From positions 7,399,349 through 7,463,348 of the forward strand of contig NC_069003.1 in the NCBI RefSeq assembly GCF_001194135.2: a stretch of 64,000 nucleotides of DNA, in the 5' to 3' direction. The stretch comes from Octopus bimaculoides. Lineage: Eukaryota. The notes under the pieces are model-generated. The model was given only the letters and a program-made list of their open reading frames with translations. It was not told where the DNA came from and did not search any database. The position numbers and the translations under genes were made by a program. Positions 1 through 12,705 of this stretch are shown here, in pieces (position 1 is the stretch's first letter; every line of letters begins with the position of its first letter).

Positions 1-139
1 CAATACTGTCATGCAGACCAATTGCAGCTCACCAAATCTAAATATCTTTTGACCTCATAACAATTGATTTTAAGGGCCCATTATTGTCATATCCATATCA
101 ATGATAAAATAATAGTTAAAAACATAAGAAATTTATCCA

Positions 140-335
140 TGGACTAGTTGATCACCATTTAACTCATTTGATACTAAGCTATCTGAGACTAAACTTGAAC
201 TGATATAAATTTCTTGTTTTTAAGTGATGAATATTAAAATTTTCCATTGAAATTTCATGATTTATGTTCCAAACACCAGCTTAATACTATTAAAGTAATT
301 TTACTAAATTCTTCTTAATTTGCAAAATTAATTAA
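140..335 (-). mobile_element. Old AT-rich piggyBac-like MITE family G (degenerate copy)
   Basis: Reverse complement matches the recurring block gaagaatttagtaaaat...ggaacataaat...atggaaggttttaat...agatca seen at 7830-8010, 36830-36990, 37990-38275, 57955-58050 and 58588-58800. Related young copies have ttaaCCCTT...AAGGGttaa ends. Confidence 0.6.
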
Positions 336-354
336 ACTCAAGTTGCAGGTGCCA

Positions 355-500
355 TTTAGAAAGCACCCTGTACACTCTGTAAAGTGGTTGGCATTAGAAA
401 GGGCATCCAATCATAGAAACCATAGACAGTAGAACAGCTCCTGTTAAACTATCCAACCCACGCCAACATGGAAGACGGTTGTTAAAAAATGATGATCATG
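355..500 (+). mobile_element. Family D (RTE-3'-end-related short retroelement), degenerate
   Basis: aaaagcacc...gtggttggcattagaaagggcatcc...ccaacccacgccaacatggaa...(gat)n matches the better copy at 20501-20757. Confidence 0.7.
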
Positions 501-1928
501 ATTATAGGCAATGTATTTCAACAGAAATATGGTAACAAAAGGGTTAATGGTTGTGAAAGAAAGGTGAATGTTATGAGAATAATGTATGGTTTCATTAAAA
601 TACCTTAAAAGATTTCTGACGTTGCTTAATGGAAATAACATCATGGAATACATAATTCCTTTTTGCTTACAACCTACAAATTTGAATATCTACCTCTCTG
701 AATTCATAAATAGAAGATATTAATGTTCTGCTCTGTTCAAAAGATTCTTTTCTATTGCTCGGAAAATATTTTTAATGAAGATATTTATCATGCTCAGAAT
801 GGCTGAAGCATGAAATAGACAACCAGCATCAACTGTTAGCTCTCAGAATACTGCATCCTTCGAAAATTCCATGCTTCCCGACAGTTGAGAATAGTGGAGG
901 AAGGTTCTTGACAGTCTGTGCTCCAAAGAGCACAAAGGGTTCAATTAAGAAAGAAAAATTGGAAGGCAAAGTTGACTTCAGTGGGGTCTGAACTGAGAGA
1001 GTCAGAATGAATATTACCAAGGTAGTCTATAAGTCTATCCAAAGTTCTAATGACTCTGCTAATTTGGTGCCTTTTCAAGAAATTAATTTACACATTAGTT
1101 CCTCTCTTTCTCTCGCTCTCTCTTTTACAATGCTTACTCACAAACAGCAACCATTTACCTAATATTCAACAACCAAAGCAACATTTAATCAATTCGATTA
1201 CTTTCATTTCTCATTAGCGAAATATTCTTAGACTGAGAAGTCACTGAAACAATAAGCAATTAGTGCTGCTCTTAAAATTAATTATGTTAATTAGTAACTG
1301 TCGAAATGAATTTGATAAAAGAGTGTGTGAATAACAAATTACTTTCAAAGAAAAGCAACCCCGCCCCGGAAAAACGTAAAATCTGGCACTGAAACTACCA
1401 TAAATTGTTAATCCTTTCATTATCTTTAATTCCATTTAGTCGTGTAAGTACTTCATACAATGTATTACTATCAAAGAAACATCTCCTAATGAAGTTTTGA
1501 CACTTTAATTTCCTTTAAAACTTCATCAACAATGAAACACTAATATTTCTAAGGGATAAAAAGACCTACAACACTGCTAACGCCATCTCAGCCCTTAATC
1601 ATCTCAAATCTTCCCACTTTTTTAACAATGGTATAATTGCTATCAGCCCTTGCGGAAACCACATATCTATTCTTCAAATAAACCAAAATCAGGGCCATTA
1701 CAGGGCCTGTAATGGTGAATAAATAATAATAAAAATTTCAATTTCCTGTTTTGTTATATATATTTATATATATATATATNNNNNNNNNNNNNNNNNNNNN
1801 NNNNNNNNNNNNNNNNNNNNNNNNNNNNNNNNNNAGAATCTAGTACATAGGTCAATTTCATTATTATTATTATTATTATTATGATAAAGTATTTTCAATG
1901 GATCAGTTTTGAGCTTTATTTAAAGTTG

Positions 1929-1949
<21 letters not shown>

Positions 1950-1970
<21 letters not shown>

Positions 1971-2200
1971 GCTTCTTTCAGTTTCTGTCGACCAAATCCA
2001 CTCACACGGCTTTGATCAGCCTGAGGCTTTAATAGAAGTCACTTGCCCAAAATACACACAGTGAGATTGGATTTCTGATCTCATGACTGCAAAGGAAACT
2101 TTTAAAACCGCTCAAGGCTATAGTAGAAGTCACTTACTCAAAATAAATACAATGAGATTGGATTCTGATCTCATGACTGCACAGCAAACTTCTGAAACAT
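1950..2200 (-). mobile_element. SINE family C fragment with an internal ~90-bp tandem duplication
   Basis: gggcttctttcagtttctgtcgaccaaatccactcac...tagaagtcacttgccc matches family C. The segment tagaagtcactt...tctgatctcatgactgca occurs twice (about 2030-2100 and 2120-2190). Confidence 0.7.
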
Positions 2201-2259
2201 TCGACTTTGTTTCCAACAGTGTATTTGTAGTGTAGTAATGCGGCAAAAGATGAAAAGAT

Positions 2260-2741
2260 TGCAAACACTATCAAAGGAAGCTCATCTATTTCTTCCACAA
2301 GTAGAGGAAGCCGTAAAGCAGATTGGACTATACACCAACGGTGATAAGTCTGAGTTTATGGTTTTCAATCAACCAAAAGAAGACATTAAATTATCAAAAG
2401 GTGAGAACTAGGAATGTGTAAATGGTTTGAAATATCTGAGATTGTGGATAGAAAGCTCAAAGACGAACAGTGAAGTAAGAATTGAATTGCTACGATCAGT
2501 AATGAACAAGATGTCTGCAATATGGAAGTGAAATCTACTTTAATAACTTCAAAATACAGAATTTTTAGAGTGACGATAGAAATTATATTGATAAGTGGAT
2601 TTAACTGCTGAACACTGACAAAAGTAAAAGGAAAAGATATAAATGGAACATATACCAAGATGTTAAGGAGGGTGAAGAATGATTCTAGGAGCAAAATTTA
2701 ACTGAAGAAAGTATTATATTACATGGAAATATAATATAAAC
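2260..2741 (+). pseudogene. Decayed RTE-clade LINE ORF2, RT C-terminal region (5' part)
   Basis: Manual translation through stops and frameshifts gives EAHLFLPQVEEAVKQIGLYTNGDKSEFMVFN...KYLRLWIESS...MNKMSAIWK / KYRIFRVTIEIILISGFNC*TLTK...GTYTKMLRRVKN. This matches the RTE thumb pattern FKYLGS..IWKS..RLFRATVESVLLYG.ETWTLT..LDG.YTRMLR. Confidence 0.8.
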
Positions 2742-2800
2742 GATAATGAATTTGTGTTGCAAGATTCTTAATGTGAAACCATGTGTTGAAACAAATATTG

Positions 2801-3168
2801 TTGTATTTCGAGATGGTCCTGTTTTTTTTTTTCTGCCAAATAAACACACACGCACTATATATTCGTTCTTCACTTGTTTATTACTGTTCTTATTTTAACT
2901 GATGTCCATTTTCCAGAAACCTTTCAGCACACATCTGTGATCTCTTACTGTCTCCATGTATGCTCCTAACAGAATGGACTAAGTGGAGCAGGAGCACACA
3001 TGAGGATGGAAAGTGTTACTGAAGAGGTCACAGATGTGTGACGAAAGGTTTCCAGACAGGGGACATCAGTTAAAATAAGAACAGCAATAAACAAGTGAAT
3101 GAATATATAGTGCATGTGTTCATTTGGCAAAAAAGAAAGAAAAAAGAATGACCATCCCAAAATATAAC
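2801..3168. mobile_element. ~370-bp near-perfect palindromic insertion inside the RTE remnant, with a degenerate hammerhead core
   Basis: Arms 2801-2967 and 2990-3168 are reverse complements (e.g. ttcacttgtttattactgttcttattttaactgatgtcc versus ggacatcagttaaaataagaacagcaataaacaagtgaa). The 11-bp direct repeat ataatataaac lies at 2731-2741 and 3170-3180. Confidence 0.8.
3019..3052 (+). ncRNA. Degenerate hammerhead ribozyme core
   Basis: CTGAAGA-G-GTCAC-agatgt-GTGAC-GAAA: conserved core with a perfect 5-bp stem II. Stems I and III are poorly formed. Confidence 0.45.
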
Positions 3169-3180
3169 GATAATATAAAC

Positions 3181-3430
3181 AATTATATAGAAATATAATA
3201 AAAATGATGCAAACTTAGTCTTTTGGATTCTGTTGGTGAAGAAAAGTTGTACATCAACTGTTCCTATGGGTAACCAATATATGGTAAAAGAAGGGGCAGA
3301 TTTTGTAGATCATATATACAACAGTTGCTTGAGGACACAAAAGAAACTTGCAGAGGTGATGGAGAACAGGAAACTGTGGAGGAGATTGGTTGATGAGATC
3401 CAAGTGCACTTGACATGACAATGATATCAC
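3181..3430 (+). pseudogene. Decayed RTE-clade LINE ORF2 C-terminus (3' part)
   Basis: Translation FGFCW*RKVVHQLFLW / YGKRRGRFCRSYIQQLLEDT / KLAEVMENRKLWRRLVDEIQVHLT* matches the RTE C-terminal pattern AGHCWR..LLLW..HG.R.RGRP..Y.D.L..D....M.DR..W. Confidence 0.75.
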
Positions 3431-5089
3431 AAAAGGTTGTTCATTTTTTGTCTTTTTCTTTCAGTCAGCTCCTGCCAAACTGTCCAACCCATGCCAGCAT
3501 GGAAAATGGGCGTTAAGTGATGGTGATATGATGTTTGACAGGTTTTCAACTTCCCGCTGCACAGTACCTTGGGTGAGTATTTTCTACTGAAGCCCTTGGC
3601 TGACCAAAGCCTTTCGAGTGGATTTGTGTATTTGGAAAAAAGGAAACAAAGAGGAACCAGTTGTGTGTGTGTGTGTGAAAGTGGTTGGTGTTAGAAAGGG
3701 CATCCAGCTGTAAAAACCATGCCAAAGAAGACACTAAAGTATGATGCAGTCCTTCACTCACTGGATCCCGTCAACCCACCCAACACACGACAGCACAGAA
3801 CACAGGAGTTAGATAATGATGATAATGATATATGTTTGCATGTATGCATTTGTGTCTCCTTGTCTTGGCATTGTCTGTATGACACCGACACTCACTCACA
3901 ACTATCATGCACTATCCACCATTTGCAGTCTTCCACAACAACATGTCTGGTCATGGGGAAATATTGCCTTGCTTGGAAACAAGGGTTGACCACACGAAGG
4001 GCGTCTGGCCACAGAAAATATGTCTCAATAAATTCAGCTTGGTCCATTACAAGCATGGGAAAATAGCCAATAAAAACAATGATGTTAACGAGTATAATAA
4101 TAATAATATCAATAATGAGGTAATTTTGCAGAGCAAAACTCAATAACTGAAAGCAAATAAATTTAAAACCAACATTGTGATTGAGACAGACTTAGAGTCT
4201 AGCAGGACCTATTTCTACAATTATATGTAAAAAAAATTGTTGAATAAATACACTAAACTGCCTGCAGTGGAGATTGAACTCACATCAGGTCATCTAGTAG
4301 TTATATATCAACAAACCTGGAATCTTTCAGCCAAAAGAAAATAACTGGTATGTGATATTTCAAACTTTATACACACCTCTCCCTAATCTTAATTCTCACA
4401 TATTAAACCTGGCATTCTGTCGGTTACAAAGGGGAATATTCCAGCTTATCCAAATCAATGGAATAACCTGCTCATGAAATTAACATAAAAGTGGTTGAGT
4501 ACTCCAGTCATGCATATCCTTAACCTAGTGTAGCTCCCAGCTTTATCAGCTGCTATCAAACCATTCAACCCATGCTAGCATGGAAAATGGATATATAATG
4601 ATGATGACGATGACGATGATGATGATGATGATGATGAGAGCGTAACATCTTATGCATTCGACCAATGAAATTCTTACAAATTTTGTTTACAGCAGAAAAA
4701 AAAAAAAATAATAATAAAAAAAAAATAAAAAGATTTATTGACAATAGATGTAAAACAGAATTAAAAGCATTTCTATGTAGATACTTAAAATATCAATGTA
4801 TTTTTTCCCCCAAAAAACAAACTATTCTGCTATTTTTGAAGCTTTATAATATAAGAGATGAAAAAACTTTCAGAGAACATAAAAACTCCGAATCCATTCC
4901 TGTTCTCAGTTTTAAAATGTCAGCTTTGATAGCAGTGATAGGATGCAATCTGCAAGGTTTAACCACTAGCGCCATCCCATCTATTACTAATTTCCGAAGA
5001 TGGAAATCTTACAAGACATGAATCATATAGTCTTGTATATTTGTTTTACTAGTTTCAGTGAATGGATTGTGGTCATGCTGGAGTATAAT

Positions 5090-5800
5090 CATGAGTGGTT
5101 TTAGTCCATGAAGTAGACTCCATTCTACTATGGTAGTTATTTGTTGGAGTCTGATCCTTATTTTATTGGTTTCCTTTTGTCGAACAGCTAAGTTACAGGA
5201 CATAAACAAACCAGCACTGGTTGTCAAGTGGCAACAGACAAACATAGATACACATACATATGCATATATACACATGCATGCATAGATGCACAAACATATA
5301 CATAGATGTGCACGTGAATACATATATGCACATACAAACACACACGCATACATATACAAACATACAGGCATAAATACATACAGACACATATACAAACACA
5401 CACACAATGAGGCTTCTGCATAGTTTCCTTCCACCAAATTCACTCATACATAGGCATATAGACACATGCACAAACATATACATAGATGTACATATGTATA
5501 CATATATGCACATATACAAACCCACATGCATACAAACACATATGCATGAATACATACATATATATATAAGCACACATGCATGAATACATACACATGTACA
5601 CATACATACCTACATACATATACAAGCACACATACACACATAAGTACATGCATATAAAAACAAATACACATACAAACACACACACACACACACACGTATA
5701 TATACACACCCAACAAGGCTTCTGTATAGTTTCCATCTACCAAATTCACTCATAAAGTTGGTCACTACAGTAAAAGTCATTTGCTGCACAATGTAATCAG
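5090..5800 (-). mobile_element. Two tandem SINE-C copies with expanded internal (CA/TA) microsatellites
   Basis: Family C tail motif (agcactggttgtcaag) and core (ggcttctg..agtttcc.tc.accaaattcactca) flank long cata/caca tracts. The listed Cys/Val/Tyr-rich ORFs are artefacts of these tracts. Confidence 0.7.
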
Positions 5801-8074
5801 GTAAGGAGAGCTCAATATACAAAATGGAGATGAAGGGATTCATATAATAATAATAATAATCGTATAAAGAAAACAGACTCCATAACTGTCAATTTTGAAG
5901 CAAGCTGCCTATAAATTTATGATTGTTAGATGTGCCTGTTCAGGACTGGAAATGGCTTCTGCAAAATGGCCATGGCGGTATACTTGTTGGGAAAGAAAAA
6001 TAAAGATTATTCATGCTTTTTTTTTAATCTATAGGAAAGATGGTTTTAGTGCAAGGACAATAACAGAGGGATCAGGCTCAATGAGTTGCAGATGGTAAGT
6101 AAGGGGATGAAAAAAAATTGGGATTAAAATGAAGAGATAAAGAGCAAGAAATAGGGAGGAAAGAATGGAAGAAAAAGTTAGATGGAAAGACAGGAAGAAA
6201 AGATAGTAGGAAAGAAGAAGAGAAATAAGGGGAAAGAGAGAGGGGGAGGAAAAACAGAATGGAAAAGATGGAATAGATGTTGTCCACAGTAGTAACCATT
6301 TAATAATGATTTAGACCACTACTAGACGATATATTTCTTCTCATGCAAGCAAGACATGGAAGCCTCAGATTTAACAGGTGTGGTCCTGGTCTAAGCAAGT
6401 TCTTTTGTAGCAAGTTCTGCTGTACACAACTAACATCTTTTGTTGTTATAGCAAGGCTTACATTTTTCAATAATCTCCATCTAATGTGGCAGTTTGTTTG
6501 TGCAGGTGTTTCTTCAGGCTCTCCAGTAACATGATGTAGCTTTCCAGACACGGTGCATTAGTCAGCTCCCTGGATTTGATTTCTGCCCTGTATAAATGAC
6601 CTGTGTTACAATGGCTACTGAGTAGGCATGTGGTATTATATCTATATAAACAATTAACCAGTCTCAATGCTAAAAGATGAATTGTGTGAAAAGTTCTTTT
6701 TAATGTTAGCTGTGCAACTGAAAAAAACGTTTATGCATCCTATGAAATAACTTTTAATATTTATGGGTGGAGGGAAATGCTTACCAATTCATCAATGGAA
6801 GGTTTTATGCTAAACTTAATAGTTAAAGAGAAAGTGGGTATGAACCAAATGACTTTAGGCTATTTTCTTTTTAGAGGCCCAGAATTGAGTGAGTAAATAT
6901 TATTCTCTTTGAACCTGCTTGCCACTAGGGAATTGTTTTGTATGAGAGAAAATTCATCCTCCTGCAGTGGTCTAATACATTGCATGATGGCTGAAATTGT
7001 AGTCACATTGCTCCATTTATCTCACTTCAAATTGTCTGACCTTAATATACCACATTTCTTTGTTTTCTTCATATTTCTTTTTCCTTTCTCTTTATCCTTC
7101 TCTATTTATTCTTCATCTCTTCATTTCTTTCCATTTTTCTATATCTTTCTATACAAGCTCTATTTCTTGCTCCCAATTGTTTTTTTTAAAAGCTAAATCT
7201 CATACCCAGGCACATTAACATATTGGGCAAGGCCCTTGAGTTATCTCCCTTGCACTAATTTTTTTTCTCCCCTCTCAGCTTAAAACAAAAAAAATTTCTA
7301 AGTTTTGTTATTGTTACAATTAAGCAAAACTTCCTCCATAGCCATTTTGCAAAGGCCTTTTTCAAATTTAAACAGACAGATCTGAAGATTGTCAGCCAGC
7401 TTGGCATCTTGTGTGAAACTGACAGTTATGCAGCCTGTCTTGTTTATGTGATTCACTAACATATATATATATAAACACACACACACACACACAGACAGAC
7501 ATACGTATTATGAATAAAATGTTTCCTTCTGTCCAATTTCTATCAAACCAACTTGATATTTATGAGCGAAAGTAAAAATGACTATAATGAACTGTCACAA
7601 ACAAATTACTATTCTTGCACCATATTGATTTTTGCCAAATTGTAAAAAGAAGTAATTTCTTCAAAAATATTTCACCTTCTCTTTTCCATCTCCAGTGCTC
7701 ACCGAATTCTGTTTATACTAATGAGCTTGGCTAAGTTTATATATATACATAGGAATTACTAAACTGAAATGTGCAAGGTGTTTGCCAATAAAGATTATAA
7801 GAATTGTTGGTTTAGTGATATTTCGTCACATTTTGTATGTTTAACTATTTTGCTAATAAATTCCTATTGAAATACACTGCTTTTGTTTTAATTAATTTTG
7901 AGAATGATGAAGAATTTACTAAAATGTCAGCCATTATTGAGTGAATGTTTGAAACATAAATTAGCATAAAATTTTGATAGAAGGTTTTAAGTTTAAATTT
8001 AAATCATTTTAACCCTTTTGTTGCTATATTCCTGACTAAATACACTCCCTTTGTTTCAAGGTTGTTTATGGGAG

Positions 8075-8290
8075 ACCAGTAGTCACCCATGCACATCAAC
8101 CTCCTCTCTCCACACCACCAATGTTATCCAAGGCAAAGGCTGATACAGCTTGGTACCAGTGACATCACAACTCATTTTTACAGCTAAGTGAGGTGGAGCA
8201 ATGCAAAATAAAGTGCCTTGCTCAAGAATACAACACACGGCCAGGTCTGGGAATCGGGCTCACTACCTCATGATTGTGAACCAGATGCTC
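8075..8290 (-). mobile_element. SINE family E copy
   Basis: gaccagtagtcacccatgcacatcaacctcctctctccacaccaccaatgttatccaagg...ttgctcaagaatacaacac is the reverse complement of the family E copy at 30820-31128. Confidence 0.75.
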
Positions 8291-8884
8291 AGGCACCAAA
8301 AATGACTAGCAAAAGTATGGTTCATGCTGCCGAGTTTTACTGTCTGTCTTGCAAGTAACGGATATGGTTTTGGCATTACATTCACTGACATACATAGCAA
8401 ATGATAAACTAGTTATTCCGACTTCAGTTTTGAGTAAGCCAGAACAAATTAAAGAAATATATTCCTGGAATTGCGAATTTGGATATTTTTATTTATGTAT
8501 TATTATTTGGTATGTAGGGAGTCTTTTGAAGTGAATGATCTTTTCTCTCTCTCTCTTCTCCTCTTTCTCAATCTCCATTTCCTGCTCTCTCTCTCTCTCT
8601 CTTGTGTGATAGAGGAAACACAGACCACAAGAACAGTTAATAAAATGTAGCACTTAAGAAACACGCAGAAGTAGAATCTACGAGATTAAAAGAAGACGTA
8701 TATGGTTCTGATTATTGCTAATGGATTTTAATTTCTATCATATGAAGTTGGAGATAATTTAATGATTTTGAAGAATTTTATTCCAAGACAGATTTAAAGC
8801 GTAAATGCTAAATGGCATTTACTGAACTTTTATAAATATTAAATCAATATATCTGTGTATCTTCTTTACAATTTTCTGATCACT

Positions 8885-8950
8885 ACATACATACATACAT
8901 ACATACATACATGCATGCATGCATGCATGCATGCATACATACATACATAC
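8885..8950. repeat. (CATA)n/(CATG)n microsatellite abutting a gap
   Basis: Read directly from the sequence. Confidence 0.95.
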
Positions 8951-9542
8951 NNNNNNNNNNNNNNNNNNNNNNNNNNNNNNNNNNNNNNNNNNNNNNNNNN
9001 NNNNNNNNNNNNNNNNNNNNNNNNNNNNNNNNNNNNNNNNNNNNNNNNNNNNNNNNNNNNNNNNNNNNNNNNNNNNNNNNNNNNNNNNNNNNNNNNNNNN
9101 NNNNNNNNNNNNNNNNNNNNNNNNNNNNNNNNNNNNNNNNNNNNNNNNNNNNNNNNNNNNNNNNNNNNNNNNNNNNNNNNNNNNNNNNNNNNNNNNNNNN
9201 NNNNNNNNNNNNNNNNNNNNNNNNNNNNNNNNNNNNNNNNNNNNNNNNNNNNNNNNNNNNNNNNNNNNNNNNNNNNNNNNNNNNNNNNNNNNNNNNNNNN
9301 NNNNNNNNNNNNNNNNNNNNNNNNNNNNNNNNNNNNNNNNNNNNNNNNNNNNNNNNNNNNNNNNNNNNNNNNNNNNNNNNNNNNNNNNNNNNNNNNNNNN
9401 NNNNNNNNNNNNNNNNNNNNNNNNNNNNNNNNNNNNNNNNNNNNNNNNNNNNNNNNNNNNNNNNNNNNNNNNNNNNNNNNNNNNNNNNNNNNNNNNNNNN
9501 NNNNNNNNNNNNNNNNNNNNNNNNNNNNNNNNNNNNNNNNNN

Positions 9543-9850
<308 letters not shown>

Positions 9851-9883
9851 GATGAAGATTCCCTTCAACTAGAGTAGAGAAAG

Positions 9884-10090
9884 GGATGTGGCTTAATGTT
9901 GGGAGATGAGAAGTATGAAAGGAGGGGCTACAGCAAAGAGGAAGGTGGCTTTATGGTAGGAGATGAGCATAAAAGAAGGCCTACAGTAAATATGGAGCTG
10001 GGTTTATGATAGATGAGAAGTTGAAGCATGAAGGCAGGGGCCACAGTAGAGAAATGGAGGTGGCTATATGCTAAGAGATGAGAGGTTAAG
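9884..10090. repeat. Degenerate ~56-bp purine-rich minisatellite, 4 units
   Basis: The motif gg(t)ggct..atg....gagatgag recurs at about 9884, 9941, 9995 and 10056. Confidence 0.6.
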
Positions 10091-10091
10091 G

Positions 10092-10210
10092 CAGTGGTTC
10101 TCAAACAGTGTCCAAATGGCCCCTGATGGTCCATATAAGATTTTTGAGGTCCACACAGCAAAATAGTAAACTGGGGATCCACAAAGGTATTTTAAGGGCC
10201 CCTGAAAATG
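10092..10210 (+). mobile_element. hAT (Charlie-like) MITE fragment
   Basis: Starts CAGTGGTTCTCAAAC and shares ggtccat motifs with the element at 58900-59676. Confidence 0.55.
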
Positions 10211-10423
10211 ATGTTGGTTTAGGTAGTTATGTAATCTCTCTCTCCTCTTTGTGTTCATGTGTGTGAACATCTAGTTATGCATCCATGTATGCATAATATA
10301 TCTCCCCTTTTATCTTTAAATTTCCCCTTCTCTCTCTCTCTCTCTCTCTACCTCTGTGTGTGACCATCTAGTTATGCTTGTATGTATGTGTAATCTCGTG
10401 CTTTCTATTCCCTCTCTTTCTCT

Positions 10424-10457
<34 letters not shown>

Positions 10458-10572
10458 TTCTCTATCTTTCTATCTCTCTCTATCTTTCTATCTCCGTGTG
10501 TGAGCATCTAGTTATGTTTGTATGTATGTGTGATCTCTATCTCTTTCTCTCTCCTCCTCTCTCCCTATCAAT

Positions 10573-10608
<36 letters not shown>

Positions 10609-11023
10609 GCATCTAGTTATATTTGTATGNNNNNNNNNNNNNNNNNNNNNNNNNNNNNNNNNNNNNNNNNNNNNNNNNNNNNNNNNNNNNNNNNNNNNNN
10701 NNNNNNNNNNNNNNNNNNNNNNNCTCTCAACCTTTCTATCTATATACATATATTTCTACACACTTATGTGTGTATGTGTGGGTATTTGCTTCAGTGCCAA
10801 AACAGGTTGCATGCCCACTCAGCCATGCCAAATCATCAATGTCCAAACAGCCATGCCTAATCGTCTCATTCCACACATTTCCATCCCAGCATTCGTATTA
10901 AGTCTGGTTTTTAACCCTTTAGTTTTCAGATCACTTTGTCAAATTTAATCTTTATTTATGCATTGTTTCAAATAAATGAGGCATTATCTTGTAGCTTTGA
11001 GATTTCAAATTATGTGACTGGCC

Positions 11024-11388
11024 TTACTCTTTTACTTGTTTCAGTCATTTGAGTGAGGACTTATTCTTTGTAAGCCTAGTACTTATTCTATCGGTCTCTT
11101 TTGCCGAACCGCTAAGTTACGGGGACGCAAACACACCAGCATCGGTTATCAAGCGATGTTGGGGGGGACAAACAGACACAGAAACATATACACACACATA
11201 CATATACAAATATATATATACATATATATGACAGGATTCTTTCAGTTTCCGTCTACCAAATCCACTCACAAAGCTTTGGCTGGCCCAAGTCTATAGTAGA
11301 AGACACTTGCCCAAGGTGCCACGCAGTGGGAATGAACCCGGAACCATGTGGTTGGTAAGCAAGCTACTTACCACACAGCCACTCCTGC
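11024..11388 (-). mobile_element. SINE family C, near-intact (tRNA-derived head)
   Basis: The sense strand has an A-box (tggctgtgtggtaag), a B-box (gggttcattccc), the core accttgggcaagtgtcttctactatag...ggatttggtagacggaaactgaaaga, an internal (TA/TG)n and the tail ...gaaacaagtaaaagagtaa. More than 20 copies occur in the window. Confidence 0.85.
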
Positions 11389-12705
11389 GCCTTGAAAAGT
11401 TTAATTGAAGAAATTGATTCTAGTGTTAATTTTTAAGCCTGGTAATTATTCTGTCAGTTATGGGGATGTAAACAAACCAACACAGGCTGTCAAGAGATGG
11501 TGGAGAATGAACACTAAGATGGATTTTCACATGATGTCCACATAACAAATTTTCTCACAAAGCATTGGCTGGACCAAAGCTTTAGCAGAAGACACAAAAT
11601 ACTTGCCCACTGTGCCGTCCAAAGAGAAAACATGTTTCAAGTGACGTCAGTCACATAGGGATGGAAAAAGAAATAAGCCATCACCGAGGTGATGGTGAGC
11701 AAGGTTGTGTCCGTCTGCCAAATTCACTCACAAGACAATTTGTTGGTCAGGGGTTAAAGCAGAAGACACTAGAAAGCTGCCCATTGCACCACGCAAAGAG
11801 AAAACAGATGTTTCAAGCAATGTCAATCATATAGTAAAGCATCACTAAGATGATAGCAAGCAGATTGCTAATGTAGAGAAAGAAAAGCACAGCCTAAGTA
11901 CGATAAATAATTGATGTTTTTACTGTAGGCTAAGGTGTTTATCTGGATATTAAATCTATCACAATTCTACAGTAAGTAATAATTTTAGCAGATATTTTTT
12001 TTTTTTTCATACTGAATGTATATGATTTTGTATAGCAGTCGTCAATAATTCTAAGTTTATAACCAACTGTAGGAATTTTCCCCCCCAAGAATACAATGCT
12101 ATTAATCCCACTTTTTAGGTTATATTTGGCAGAGAAAAATATTTGTTTCGTCAAAAAAAAGTTTGATACAAAACAAAAGAGAACATAAAAACAAATGTCT
12201 CTTTAACACCTACTGTTTTTGCATGCAACAATAAATTTATTCTGCGTAAATATAATCCATTGTAAAAACAGAAAACAATAGAATTAAGAAAATAATGTTT
12301 TGGGATTGATGGAGGAAAAAAATTTGGTAGGAAATTAAGTTTATCCAAGTTACTTATTTTTTGTGTTTGGTTTGCAAAATTCTTAATGTGAGCCCGTATG
12401 TTGAAACAGATTTCACTGAATCTTGGGAGGGTCATTATACCAATAATAAACACCCACACTGGTTCTATTTCACTTATTTCATTATTATTATTATTATTTT
12501 TCGGCAGAATTGTGAGCACACTGGACAAAATACTTAGTGACATTTCGTTCGACTATGTTCTGAGTCCAAATTCTGCTAAGGTTGCTTTTGCCTTTCATCC
12601 TTTTGGGGTTGATAAAATAAGTACCAGTTGAGCACTGGGGTCATTGTAACTGACTTTCCCCTCACTCCTGAAATTGCTGGCCTTGTGCCAAAATTTGAAA
12701 CCATT

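Noticed and set aside
1695-1715. Hairpin ccattacag-ggc-ctgtaatgg as a Helitron 3' end
   Set aside because: There is no CTRR terminus downstream and no other supporting feature.
5009-5843. Long Cys/Val/Tyr/Met-rich ORFs
   Set aside because: They are translations of (CA/TA)n microsatellites inside SINE-C copies. The same applies to 39618-40393, 41118-42329 and 61524-62076.
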